A stretch of 64,000 nt of DNA from an uncultured Gemmatimonadales bacterium (lineage in GTDB: Bacteria > Gemmatimonadota > Gemmatimonadetes > Gemmatimonadales > Gemmatimonadaceae), in NCBI GenBank assembly GCA_963851265.1, contig CAWKNZ010000002.1, positions 1,536,001-1,600,000 on the forward strand, in the 5' to 3' direction. Position numbers and translations under genes: made by a program. The notes beneath the pieces were generated by a model that was not told the origin of the DNA, did not search any database, and was given only the letters and a program-made list of their open reading frames with translations. This document shows positions 10,794 to 20,190 of this stretch, one piece after another. Numbering within the stretch: the stretch's first letter is position 1; each line of letters begins with the position of its first letter.

Positions 10794-11147
10794 CTAACGT
10801 GAGCCCGGCGCCGCCGCGCCGCCGCCCGCGCGCGAGACGAGCACGAGCTGCGTGTCGCTGGGCACGCGCATGCCGAGCCGCTCCTCCGCGACGCTGCCCA
10901 CGCGCGCCCGGGCCGCCGCGAGGCGCACGGCGGCGTCGAGCGACGCGCGCTCCGCGGCGAGCTGTCCCTCGCGCGCGACGAGCGTGCGGATCGCGCGCGC
11001 CCGCGCGATTCCGACGCTCCGCCGCCACACGGCCGAGGCGCCGACGACCACGAAGAAGAACAGCGCGAGCGCCACGATGGTGCGCCCCCGCCCGGGCCGC
11101 GGCGCACGCGACGACCCGCGCTCGCGCGCCGGCGCTCGGCGGCTCAC
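10794..11147 (-). CDS. ftsL: Cell division protein FtsL-like
   Basis: Short basic N-terminus, one TM, coiled coil ending AEERLGMRVP; between rsmH and ftsI; GTG overlaps the rsmH TGA. Confidence 0.75.
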   Translation of the reverse strand: MSRRAPARERGSSRAPRPGRGRTIVALALFFFVVVGASAVWRRSVGIARARAIRTLVAREGQLAAERASLDAAVRLAAARARVGSVAEERLGMRVPSDTQLVLVSRAGGGAAAPGSR

Positions 11148-12130
11148 GACGCGCGCTCCCACGCGCGCAGCTTCGCACTGCGCGCGCGCGGGTTGCGCGC
11201 GACCTCGGCCGCGTCCGGGACCGCGGCCTTACGCGTCACGAGCCGTCCGAGCGCCGCATGCCCGCAGTCGCACACCGGATGGCGTGGGGGACACACGCAC
11301 GCGGTGCTCCAGTCGCGGAACGCGTGCTTCACCGCGCGGTCCTCGCCCGAGTGGTAGGCGAGGACCGCCATCCGCCCGCCCGCGTGCAGCAGGTCGCGAA
11401 GCGCAGGCAGCGCACGCGCGAGCGAAGCCGCCTCGTCGTTGACGGCGATCCGCACGGCCTGGAAGAGCCGCGCGAAGTCGGCGGGCCCCGTGCGCGGCCC
11501 GAACGCGCCGCGAATGGCGCCGACGAGGTCGTCGCTCGTGGCCAGCGGCGCGCGCGCGCGTCGGCGGACGATCTCGCGCGCGAGACGCCCGGCACGCGGC
11601 TCGCCGCCGTGCTCGCGAAACATCGTCGCGAGCGTGTGCTCGTCCGCCTCGTTCAGCACCGTGGCCGCGTCGGCGCTCGCCGGCTCGGCCTCGCCGCCCA
11701 TCCGCATGTCGAGCGGCGCGCCCTGCCGAAACGAAAAGCCGCGCTCGGGCATGTCGATCTGGTGGGAGGAAATTCCGAGGTCGAGTAGAACGCCGTCGAG
11801 CGACTCCGTCGCGCCGAGCGACGCGAGCGCGTCCGCCGCGTCGGCGTAGTTCGCACGCGCGGTACGCAGGCGCCCCGATGCGGTCCATTCGTGCAGCCGC
11901 GCGGTCGCGGACGCCAAGGCGTCCGGATCGCGATCGAGCGCCACGACGCGACATCCGGCTTCGAGCAGGGCCAACGTGTGCCCTCCACCGCCGAGCGTGC
12001 CGTCGAGCACCAGCGGACCGGCCGCGGCCGCGGAGCGCGCAACCGATGGCGCGTCGGCCAACAATTGCACGATTTCGGACGCCATGACCGGCGCGTGATA
12101 CGGAGCGTCCCATCGTGCGCCGTCGTCCAT
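11144..12130 (-). CDS. rsmH: 16S rRNA m4C1402 methyltransferase
   Basis: HAPVM, DGTLGGGGH, DLGISSHQID, RGFSF, PLDMRM, FQAVRIAVN, NPRARSAKLR; start ATG 12130 or TTG 12169. Confidence 0.96.
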   Translation of the reverse strand: MDDGARWDAPYHAPVMASEIVQLLADAPSVARSAAAAGPLVLDGTLGGGGHTLALLEAGCRVVALDRDPDALASATARLHEWTASGRLRTARANYADAADALASLGATESLDGVLLDLGISSHQIDMPERGFSFRQGAPLDMRMGGEAEPASADAATVLNEADEHTLATMFREHGGEPRAGRLAREIVRRRARAPLATSDDLVGAIRGAFGPRTGPADFARLFQAVRIAVNDEAASLARALPALRDLLHAGGRMAVLAYHSGEDRAVKHAFRDWSTACVCPPRHPVCDCGHAALGRLVTRKAAVPDAAEVARNPRARSAKLRAWERAS

Positions 12131-12242
12131 CGGGCCGGAGAAGGTACGCCCGCTGCCCCCGTCGAGCAACCACGCGTCGCTTGCCCGAGGCGTCGGACGT
12201 GGGTTGACACGGGTGAACGCGACCGCATCGGTCAGCGAACGA

Positions 12243-12277
12243 CGAACGCCCCCGCCCGTGATGGGCGGGGGCGTTCG
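12243..12277. terminator. GC-rich hairpin, probable terminator of the TPR gene
   Basis: cgaacgcccccgccc-gtgat-gggcgggggcgttcg, a 15-bp perfect inverted repeat ~45 nt downstream of the stop at 12324. Confidence 0.65.
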
Positions 12278-12323
12278 CGCGTGCTACGGCGCGCGACCGC
12301 GCGGTCGACGACCGCCGGTCGAA

Positions 12324-14093
12324 CTACCGACCGCTACGTGCCGACGACGCGCTGCACTTCAGCGCGGCGCCGAGCTGGTCGGGATACGGCGAGTACTGCG
12401 CGAGCGCGGCGAGCGCCTGCTGCGCTCCTTGCGGGTTGACGCGACCGCCGGCCGGGAGGTTCAGCTGCGCGGCAGTGAACGCGGTGCGCGCGCCCGCCAC
12501 CGCCTCACAGCTCCGGTTCTTCTGCGCGTCCTGCAGCAGCTGGCCGCCAAGACCGAGCGAGGCCACACCGAGGAAGAACTGGCCGCGGTCGGTGCGGTTG
12601 GTCTTGTTCGCGAATTCGAGAATCGAGATCGCGCGCTGGTAGTCGGCGACGGACTTCGAAGCGCTCGCCGCCTGGTACGCACTCGCACCGAGGTTGACCG
12701 CAGCATCGCCGATCGTGCTCGCGCTGTCGCCGTTCGCCGCGGCTTGCTGGAGCGCCTTGAAGGCGTCGTCAGGCCGCTTGAGCTGCGTGTAGAGATTCGC
12801 CATCGCCGTGTAGAGCCCCGGCGTCTTCGGATTCGCCTGCGCGGTCCGGTTCAGCAGGTCGAGTGCCTGCTGCGTCTGCCCCGAAGCCGCGAGCGCGTCG
12901 GCGTAGTCGGAGAGCAGGCCACCGTTGTTCGGGTAACGCTTGACCGCCTCGGCGAGTAGCTGCGACGCTACCTGCGGCTGGCTGTCGATGCGCGCACCGA
13001 TCGCGACGCGCGAGTACAGGTCGGCGGTTGCGGACGTCGTGTCCTCCTTCGCCAGCTCCTGGAACGACGTCACCGCGCCCTTGTAGTCCTTCGCCGCGAG
13101 CTGCACGCGCGTCTGGAGCTGCAAGTAGCTGGGGTCGCCCGGGTTGTCGGTGACGAGCTGCTTCACGAGCGGAAGCGCGCTCGCGGCCTGCCCGTTCGCG
13201 GCGTACTCGTTGATGACCTGCTCACGCAGGCGCGTGTTCGTCGGGTCGGCGGCAACGAGGCGCAGCAGCACGTTGGTCGCCGAGTCACGCTGGCCGGCTG
13301 CCTGAAGCCCGGCGTACTGGATTCGCAGCGCCGGGAGGCTGTTCGCGTCCAGCGTGAGGATCTGACGTGCGACGCCCAGCGCGGAATCGTTGTAGGTCTT
13401 GACCCGCGCCGCCTTCGTCGTGTCCTGGTCGCGCTGCGCGACGTAGATGTTCGCCAGGCAGACGCGGGCGAGTGTCGACTTCGGGTACGCCGCGATGCCG
13501 CGCTGGGCGGCGGCTTCGGCCTCGGCGTACTTCTTGTCACGCGCGTTGTTGACGCAGTCGCGCTCCGCCGTGAACGCGCGCTGCGCGGCTTCGAACTCCC
13601 GCGAAATCTGCTGCGCGGCCTGATCGGGCTTGCCGACCTGATACGAGCCGAGCGGCTGCGTGAGCGAGTTGTCGCGGGTGAGCACCATCACCGCGTCGAC
13701 CCTCGTCTGTCCGCCCGCGTTGCTCACCGTTCCGGTGAGGTACTCGTCGGCGCGCAACTGCTGCGCGAGCGCACGCGCATCGTGTGGCGCCAGCGCTTCG
13801 TTAGTCGGGAAGCCCGAGGCCTCGAGATTCGCGTTGACGTCCGCCTTCGGCAGCACGTACAGCTGCTTCAGGTTGAAGTCGTTGATGAGCCGATCGCGGA
13901 CGGCGTCCGCCGCACGCACGCCCGAACTCTTGTCGGCGCTGCGGAACACCGCGACCATCACGCGCGGCGCATTGGCGTCCGGCGTCCCGCGCTGCTGTGC
14001 GCGTCCGGACGCAAGGGGAAGGAGAGCCGCGAGGGCGCCGAGCCCGGCGGCGGTCACTGCGGCTCGACGCGGCATTTTGATGCGACCGTTCAA
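12324..14093 (-). CDS. Secreted/periplasmic tetratricopeptide-repeat protein
   Basis: Signal peptide (…LLPLASGRAQQ), N-terminal alpha/beta domain, then many TPR-like helical repeats; GGAGG 8 nt before TTG 14093. Confidence 0.8.
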   Translation of the reverse strand: MNGRIKMPRRAAVTAAGLGALAALLPLASGRAQQRGTPDANAPRVMVAVFRSADKSSGVRAADAVRDRLINDFNLKQLYVLPKADVNANLEASGFPTNEALAPHDARALAQQLRADEYLTGTVSNAGGQTRVDAVMVLTRDNSLTQPLGSYQVGKPDQAAQQISREFEAAQRAFTAERDCVNNARDKKYAEAEAAAQRGIAAYPKSTLARVCLANIYVAQRDQDTTKAARVKTYNDSALGVARQILTLDANSLPALRIQYAGLQAAGQRDSATNVLLRLVAADPTNTRLREQVINEYAANGQAASALPLVKQLVTDNPGDPSYLQLQTRVQLAAKDYKGAVTSFQELAKEDTTSATADLYSRVAIGARIDSQPQVASQLLAEAVKRYPNNGGLLSDYADALAASGQTQQALDLLNRTAQANPKTPGLYTAMANLYTQLKRPDDAFKALQQAAANGDSASTIGDAAVNLGASAYQAASASKSVADYQRAISILEFANKTNRTDRGQFFLGVASLGLGGQLLQDAQKNRSCEAVAGARTAFTAAQLNLPAGGRVNPQGAQQALAALAQYSPYPDQLGAALKCSASSARSGR

Positions 14094-14259
14094 AGGGGTA
14101 ACCTCCAGAGCGTTAAACATCCGTACCCATCATGCCCCTGCCCCGTTCCGGCGTCTCGCCACCAGATGGCGTGAGCCACAAACGCACGGCGCGGACCGAA
14201 CTCCCCGACGTTTCCAGGCACCCGGCGTGCCGCGCGATCGGCGTGCCGGTCCCGTGATG

Positions 14260-14333
14260 TGGGCGAAGAGGGACTCGAACCCCCGACATCCTGTGTGTAA
14301 GACAGGCGCTCTAACCAACTGAGCTATTCGCCC
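14260..14333 (-). tRNA. tRNA-Val (anticodon TAC), CCA not encoded
   Basis: Cloverleaf GGGCGAA-TA-GCTC AGTTGGTTA GAGC-G-CCTGT CTTACAC ACAGG-ATGTC-GGGGG TTCGAGT CCCTC-TTCGCCC-A. Confidence 0.97.
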
Positions 14334-14396
14334 CGTGTGTCCTTCCGTCGTGTCAGCCGGCCGCGTGCCTCGGCAACCTCGCGCGCGTCGGCAGGG

Positions 14397-14567
14397 TCAG
14401 CGCAGGATCGCGAGGGGCACGAGCACGCAGTAGCCGAGCACGAGCAGGATCGGCGCGATCACGTCGCCACCCCGCGCCAGGTCGGCATAGCCGGCGATCA
14501 ACGCGACCGCCGCGAGCAGCCACCACCGATAGTCCTGGACGCGACGTGCGCGGTTGGTTTCGGTCAT
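14397..14567 (-). CDS. 56-aa two-TM membrane protein (DUF3098-like)
   Basis: MTETNRARRVQDYRWWLLAAVALIAGYADLARGGDVIAPILLVLGYCVLVPLAILR; GC3-rich codons; directly behind a consensus promoter; below the ORF-track length cutoff. Confidence 0.75.
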   Translation of the reverse strand: MTETNRARRVQDYRWWLLAAVALIAGYADLARGGDVIAPILLVLGYCVLVPLAILR

Positions 14568-14575
14568 GGGTCGTC

Positions 14576-14604
14576 ACGTTAGATGCCGTGGGAGAGACTG
14601 TCAA
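14576..14604 (-). promoter_or_regulatory. Sigma70-type promoter
   Basis: TTGACA (14604-14599), 17-nt spacer, TAACGT (14581-14576); 8 nt upstream of ATG 14567. Confidence 0.75.
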
Positions 14605-14653
14605 CGCGGCGGACCGTCCTCGCACGGCATTGCGCGTGCCGCGGCGACTCCCG

Positions 14654-15601
14654 TTACGGCGCGTCCAAAAATGCCGCGAGCGGATCCGCCGCCGCCTCGG
14701 CCGCTTTCGCCGCAGCGCGAGCGTCGTCCGCCGCGTCGGCCGCCCGCATCGCCGCGAGGCGAGCCTGGTCCCGCCGACGCCGCGCCAACCAGAATGGTGC
14801 GAACAGCACGAGGCTGACGGCCGTGACGAGCGACACGTTGGCGCCAACGGCGAGGGCGCCGTACCGCCGACGCGTCCGCGCGCGCCACGCGGCTTCGAAC
14901 TGCGTCGCGGTCATCCCGTACGCCGCGCGTACCGCCGCGTCGAATCGCCCCGTGGTTCGCCAGGCCGAGAATAGCCCGGCCAGCCCCCGCGCCGGGTCGA
15001 GCGCGGCGAGGTCCGCCACGGCGCGGTACGACAACGCGTAGGCATCCTGCGCGACGGCGCTTCCCTCCTCGAACAGCGCGTCGAGCGAATCGAGCGCCGG
15101 CACCCCTCGCGTGAGCAACGCGACGTTCGCCGCGAGCACCTCGTCGCGGCCCCATTCACCCGCCGCATAGCCGGCATAGCCCTCGTCGAACCAGCGCGGT
15201 GGCAGGTCGTCGAGCGCCTCGTGCAGCGCCACGTGTGCGAGCTCGTGGCGGAAGACGGCGCTCGGGTCGCCGGCGTCGGAGCCGGCACGCCGGCCCTGCA
15301 TGAGCACGCGACCGGTCGCCGGGAAGGCAAGTGCGCTCCCCCAATCGGGCGCGCTGGGCCCGCCCCACGCGCGGAAGTGCGCCGCGTCAGGAGCGATGAC
15401 GAGCACCACGTGCCGTACGGGACGCGGCAACCCCGGGAACGTGTCGTGCGCGACCGCGTCGGCGAGCAACGCCCGAGCGAGCGGCAGATCACCGGGAAAC
15501 GCGACGGCCGTGAACCGGCCGCGATCGACGCGAACGGCTCCCGAGAGTTCCGCGCTCGCCGCAGCCACGACGGGTTGCGCATGCAGGTTCGTCGCGAGCA
15601 C
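14654..15601 (-). CDS. Peptidase MA-like (gluzincin) zinc metalloprotease with C-terminal TM
   Basis: FRHELAHVALH followed by PRWFDEGYA; C-terminal hydrophobic helix and basic tail; start uncertain (~15601-15640). Confidence 0.8.
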   Translation of the reverse strand: MLATNLHAQPVVAAASAELSGAVRVDRGRFTAVAFPGDLPLARALLADAVAHDTFPGLPRPVRHVVLVIAPDAAHFRAWGGPSAPDWGSALAFPATGRVLMQGRRAGSDAGDPSAVFRHELAHVALHEALDDLPPRWFDEGYAGYAAGEWGRDEVLAANVALLTRGVPALDSLDALFEEGSAVAQDAYALSYRAVADLAALDPARGLAGLFSAWRTTGRFDAAVRAAYGMTATQFEAAWRARTRRRYGALAVGANVSLVTAVSLVLFAPFWLARRRRDQARLAAMRAADAADDARAAAKAAEAAADPLAAFLDAP

Positions 15602-15641
15602 GACACCCGCGAGGGCCGCCGCCCAGTGCGCAGCGATCGTG

Positions 15642-16547
15642 CTACGCGCCCGCCGCGACGGCGGCCTCGCTCGCGTCCAGCCGCTCGCGACAGCGCGCGG
15701 CCCAGGGACTGAACGTGCCCGAGGCGCCGATCCGCCACTCGACGCATGCCGCCTCGCGCGCGCCGGCGCGCCAAAGCGTGCACCCCAGCTCGTAGCGCGC
15801 CTCGACGAGGTTCGGCCCGAGCGCCAGCGCGCGGCGAAGAAATGCCGCCGAGTCGTCGTACATCTCGCGCCGTTGGTAGGCCACACCGAGATAGAACGTC
15901 GCGTACAGCGTCGCGCGACGGTCGTCGCCGTCGCGCACGACGCGCGAGAGGTGTTCGATCGCCTCGCCCACGATCTGCTTCGTGAGACACACGCGCCCGA
16001 CCGCCACCCGCGCGAGCGACGCGGCGGCGCCGCGCGCGTTGGCGACGAGGACGCGCTGCGCCGCCAGGAGCGCGTCGTCGGCGGCGCCGCGCGCGGCGCG
16101 CGCCCAAGCCACGAGGGCCACCGCCTCGAGCTCGTCGGGAGCGAGTGCGAGCGCGCGATCGAACGCCGCTTCGGCCGTCGCGAAATCTGCCGCGGCGAAC
16201 GCACTCCAGCCTTTCGCGAGGAACGTCGACGCGCCGAGGTGATCGCTGCGCGCGGACGTCGGCGCCGTCGCGATGGCGGCACCCCGTACGGCGACGGACG
16301 GCGAGGCGGCCGCGACATCGGGCAGCCGCTTCCACAGCTCCGGCAGCGCGCGCGCCGCGTCCGCGACCGCCTGCCACGCGTGTGCCTCGGCGTCCGCCAT
16401 GCGGATGAGCGCGACGATCTCGGCGCGCAGCTCCGCCCGCGCACTCGTGTCGAGGTCGCCATGCACGGCGTGCGCGGTCAGTCGTTCGCGCAACGCCTCG
16501 CACCGCCTGGCCGCGTCGCCACGGAGCCCGTCCGTCGAGTCGCTCAT
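15642..16547 (-). CDS. TPR protein with N-terminal coiled coil
   Basis: TPR repeats (YLGVAYQRREMYDDSAAFLRRALALGPNLVEARYELG); ATG overlaps the cheR stop (ATGA). Confidence 0.8.
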   Translation of the reverse strand: MSDSTDGLRGDAARRCEALRERLTAHAVHGDLDTSARAELRAEIVALIRMADAEAHAWQAVADAARALPELWKRLPDVAAASPSVAVRGAAIATAPTSARSDHLGASTFLAKGWSAFAAADFATAEAAFDRALALAPDELEAVALVAWARAARGAADDALLAAQRVLVANARGAAASLARVAVGRVCLTKQIVGEAIEHLSRVVRDGDDRRATLYATFYLGVAYQRREMYDDSAAFLRRALALGPNLVEARYELGCTLWRAGAREAACVEWRIGASGTFSPWAARCRERLDASEAAVAAGA

Positions 16548-17413
16548 ACGCGTCGGAAGATCCGCTCGCGATAGTCGACCGGCGTGTACTGCGCGCGCAC
16601 GCGGCCCAGCAGCGTCTCGACCTTGCCGAGGAACAGCGCCCCGCCGGGCGCGAGCACGTCGTGGAACCGCGCGAACAACTGCTCCTGCGAATCGCGGTCG
16701 AAGTAGATCACGACGTTGCGACAGATGATCAGGTCCCACGGCCCCGGTGGCGCGGTCCCGCGAAGCAGGTCGTGGTGCGCGAACCGCGTGATCGCGCGCA
16801 GTTCGGGGCGCACCGCGGCTGGCGAGCCCGGCGCGAAGTAGCGGTCGCGCAACGCGGGTGGCACCTCGTCGAATGCGGCGGGCCCATACACGCCTTCGCT
16901 CGCCGTCGCGAGACTCGCCCGGTCGACATCCGTCCCGACCACCTCGGCGCGGGCCGCCGCAAGTTCACCGTGCGCGGCAAACTCCGCATGCAACAGCGCC
17001 GCGACCGAGTACGCCTCCTCGCCCGTCGCGGTGCCCGCGCTCCACACCCGCACCGGTCGACCCGAGCCCGCGATCCGGGGGCGCACGACGCGTTCGAGCA
17101 GCACCTGCCACGCGTCCCAGTTCCGGAACAGCTTGGTGACGTTGATCGTGAGCGCGTCGATCAGGCGGTCGTACTCCGGCGTGTCGTCGTCGAGAACCCG
17201 CGCGTAGTCCGCGAACGTGTGCACGCCCACCGCGCGCATCCGCACCGCGATACGCCGGCGGAGACACCGCTGCTTGTAGCTGCTGCACTGAAACAAACGG
17301 TCGCGCTCGACCTTCCCGAGGAGCGCGTCAAAACCGGCCGGATCGTCGAGCGTGTCGTCGGGCGGAGCGAAGCGACCGGCGGGCGAGGAAAACTCGGACA
17401 CGCGCGGGGTCAC
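16544..17413 (-). CDS. cheR: CheR-type protein-glutamate methyltransferase
   Basis: TINVTKLFRN, VWSAGTATGEEAYS, GTDVD, DLIICRNVVIYFD, LFLGKVE. Confidence 0.92.
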   Translation of the reverse strand: MTPRVSEFSSPAGRFAPPDDTLDDPAGFDALLGKVERDRLFQCSSYKQRCLRRRIAVRMRAVGVHTFADYARVLDDDTPEYDRLIDALTINVTKLFRNWDAWQVLLERVVRPRIAGSGRPVRVWSAGTATGEEAYSVAALLHAEFAAHGELAAARAEVVGTDVDRASLATASEGVYGPAAFDEVPPALRDRYFAPGSPAAVRPELRAITRFAHHDLLRGTAPPGPWDLIICRNVVIYFDRDSQEQLFARFHDVLAPGGALFLGKVETLLGRVRAQYTPVDYRERIFRRV

Positions 17414-19080
17414 GAGACGGACGGCACGTCGGCGCCGGATCGGCCGAGCGCCTCCAGGTTGGCGCGCGCGGTCGGGTGGTCGGGTCGCAAGTTACACGCG
17501 CGCTGCCACGCGTGGCGCGCGGCGTCCCGGTCGCCGGCCCGCAGCGCCAGCGTTCCGAGGCGCGCCCAGGCCGTCGAGGAACCGTCGGGTGCGAGGCGCG
17601 TCGCTGCCGCGTACGCGTTCCGTGCGCGGTCGAACTGCCCGGCGCGGTAGAGCAGGTCGCCCAGGAGCCGTTGCGCGGGCGCGAGATCGGGCCGTTCGGC
17701 GAGTGCCTGCATCACGCCGCCCAACGGCTCGCCCGCGCCGCGCCCCTCAACGCGCGCGCCCGCGCCACCCGCGCGCAGCGCCGCGTCGTTGGCGAGAAGC
17801 GCCGCCGCGCGTGGGTGCGCGGCCACACCCTCCCGGGCGAGCGCGGACGCGCCGTCGATGTCTCGCACGCCAAGCGCCGCGAGCACGGCGTAGTGGTACC
17901 ACACCGCGGCCGGCTGCGGCCAGTGCGCGCGCGCTCGGTCCAGGAGGTGCCGTGCGGCGACCCAGTCGCGTCGGTCGAGCGCGAGTGCACCGCGTGCGGT
18001 GAGGTGTCGCGGGTCGTCACCGAGCCCGAGTCTCGCGGCGCGCGCGTATGCCTCGTGGGCGAGTTCGAACTGTCCAAGTCGGTGAAGTGTGACCCCGAAC
18101 GCATGCACCGTCGCGGCGCTCGCACCCGGAGTTGCCGCAGCTTCGCCGAGCACGGCCGCGGCCTCGTCGACACGCCCGGCCCGCAACGCCGCCGCGCCGA
18201 GATGCGCGCGGGCTGTCGCGTCCGTGGGCCGCAGTTCGAGCACGCGCCGCAACTCTCGGAGCGCCTCGTCGAGCAGGCCCGCCCGCGCGAACGCGATGCC
18301 AAGGTTGAGGTGCTCGTCGGCCCGCGCCCCCGCAAGTCGCAGCGGCGCGACGCTGGCGTCCGTCGCGACGCGCCGCGCACGCCCGTCGCGGACGAGCGCA
18401 TAGATCGCGCGTGAGACGGCGTACGTCGAGAGCCCGCTCGCGTCGGCCACGCTCTGCACGTCGCGCTGGCCATCGAGCAGCGCGGTGACGCGCCCGATCT
18501 CGTCGGCGGCTACGTCAACGGCGGGGGACGCGGACCAACGCTCGCCACGTGGAACCGTCGCGAACACGCTGCCCACGCCGGGCACCTCGGTCGCGATCAG
18601 CACGCCCTCGTCGGCGCGGCGCGCGGATTCCAAGAGGAGCGATCCGACATCGAGTTGGACGGCCAGTTCGGCGGCAAACGGCGGTACGTCCGAATCGAAG
18701 CTGAACGTACCTCGCGTCCAGCCCAGCAACTCGTACGCGGCCTCGGCAGACTGCGTACGCAAGAGCGCGAGCAGGGCCGCGTGCGGGACGGCACCGCGAC
18801 GGACGAGCAGCAGCCCCAAGGGGCTGTCGGGTTCGGCGGCCTGGGCGACGAGCGCGGCACGCAATTCCGAATCGGGGAGTAGTCCGGCGCGGACGAGCGC
18901 GCCGCCGAGCGGATCGCGACGGTGGGCGAGCGCCGCGTGCGCGACCGCGCCGTCGACGAAGCTGAGCGTGCCGAGCTCGCCGTCGCGCGCGACGCTGAGC
19001 CGGCCCGTCCGCCGGCCTAACGCGAGCAGTTGCACGACGTCGGGGAGCGCCGCCTCGGCGAGATTCCCGCGGAGCGCCAT
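17410..19080 (-). CDS. DUF4388 (PATAN-like) domain + winged helix + TPR protein
   Basis: N-terminus MALRGNLAEAALPDVVQLLALGRRTGRL…WTRGTFSF…LLLESARRADE is typical of DUF4388; C-terminal TPRs. Confidence 0.82.
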   Translation of the reverse strand: MALRGNLAEAALPDVVQLLALGRRTGRLSVARDGELGTLSFVDGAVAHAALAHRRDPLGGALVRAGLLPDSELRAALVAQAAEPDSPLGLLLVRRGAVPHAALLALLRTQSAEAAYELLGWTRGTFSFDSDVPPFAAELAVQLDVGSLLLESARRADEGVLIATEVPGVGSVFATVPRGERWSASPAVDVAADEIGRVTALLDGQRDVQSVADASGLSTYAVSRAIYALVRDGRARRVATDASVAPLRLAGARADEHLNLGIAFARAGLLDEALRELRRVLELRPTDATARAHLGAAALRAGRVDEAAAVLGEAAATPGASAATVHAFGVTLHRLGQFELAHEAYARAARLGLGDDPRHLTARGALALDRRDWVAARHLLDRARAHWPQPAAVWYHYAVLAALGVRDIDGASALAREGVAAHPRAAALLANDAALRAGGAGARVEGRGAGEPLGGVMQALAERPDLAPAQRLLGDLLYRAGQFDRARNAYAAATRLAPDGSSTAWARLGTLALRAGDRDAARHAWQRACNLRPDHPTARANLEALGRSGADVPSVS

Positions 19081-19096
19081 CAGTCGCGCGCCGCGC

Positions 19097-19540
19097 TCAC
19101 GCGAGCTCGCCCGCGAGCAGGTCGCCCGCCTCGGGCCACTGCAACACCCAGTGTTCACCGTCCGGGTACGCGGTCGTCGCAGCCGCCGCACGCGCGCGGC
19201 GGGCGGCGACGAGTGCCGCGGCCTCGCGCACCCGCGCGGGATCGCGGAACTCGCGCGCGGCGGCAAGGCCCGGGTCGACGGCGAGCGCCTCGGCTTCGAG
19301 CGCCGCAAGCTGACGGACGGCGCGCTCGAACGTCGCGAGCAGCGCGTCGACGTCAGGCGCGACGTCGAGCGCGACGGCACGTTCGAGGAGCGACGCGTCG
19401 ACGCCGCGGGCACGCCAGTCCGCTGCGGCCGCACTCACTCGCGCCCGCCACGGCGGTATGGCGTCGTCGAGCGCCGACGCGACGTCCGCAACGAGACTCG
19501 CGAAAGCGTCCGCGCCGACGTCTGTCCTGGCGGTGCTCAC
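19097..19540 (-). CDS. Hypothetical helical protein (147 aa)
   Basis: GTG overlaps the upstream TGA; fills the gap in the operon; ends DGEHWVLQWPEAGDLLAGELA. Confidence 0.65.
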   Translation of the reverse strand: MSTARTDVGADAFASLVADVASALDDAIPPWRARVSAAAADWRARGVDASLLERAVALDVAPDVDALLATFERAVRQLAALEAEALAVDPGLAAAREFRDPARVREAAALVAARRARAAAATTAYPDGEHWVLQWPEAGDLLAGELA

Positions 19541-20190
19541 GGCTTCGGCCCCGTCGTCTCCGGCGTCTCGCACGCGCACACGATTCCGAGTCGACGCAGC
19601 GTCTCGATCGAGTCGCGTACGCGCGGCTCGTCGCGCCGGACGGCGCGCGCTATCGCTCCCGTGTCGCGCGTTCCGTCGACCGCGGCCAGGACGGCGAGAT
19701 CGAAGGCAGTGAGGCTCGCTCCCTCGCTGTCGTCGTTCGGCACGTCGGTCGCCAGCCGCGGAACGTCGCACTGCTCACCCACGGCCGCACGAACGCGCTC
19801 GTCGCGCCGGCGCGCGGCGTCGACCAGGATGGCCGAGACGCGCACGCCCTCGAATCTGCCCACGGCCGCGTGACTGTTGCCGGCGTCTCCCGCGCCCGCG
19901 GCGTGAAACGCCCAACGTCCGGCCCCGACCGCGAGTAGCCCGGCGAACGCCTCGGCCAGGTCTTCCGGAGCGGCCGACGTGTGCGCGCCGTAGGCCGCGG
20001 ACACGACGCGGCCGTCGCGCAATCGCACGCGGCCGCCCCCGAGCGGCCCGCCGTCGACCACGAGCACGCCAGTTCGCGCGCCGAGTTCGAGCAACTGCAG
20101 GACGTCGGCGAGCGCGAAACCACTCAGTTCGCCTGCCAGCAGCGGGGTTGCAGTGTCACGCGACGCGAAAGTCGCCACGGGAGCGGTCAC
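19537..20190 (-). CDS. DUF4388 domain protein with C-terminal winged-helix-like region
   Basis: LAGELSGFALADVLQLLELGARTGVL…GRWAF…ILVDAARRRDE…VLAAVDGTRD; GTGA coupling at both ends. Confidence 0.8.
   Translation of the reverse strand: MTAPVATFASRDTATPLLAGELSGFALADVLQLLELGARTGVLVVDGGPLGGGRVRLRDGRVVSAAYGAHTSAAPEDLAEAFAGLLAVGAGRWAFHAAGAGDAGNSHAAVGRFEGVRVSAILVDAARRRDERVRAAVGEQCDVPRLATDVPNDDSEGASLTAFDLAVLAAVDGTRDTGAIARAVRRDEPRVRDSIETLRRLGIVCACETPETTGPKP

Noticed and set aside
14200..14340. Integrative element at tRNA-Val
   Set aside because: No integrase, no duplicated tRNA 3' end and no compositional shift nearby.
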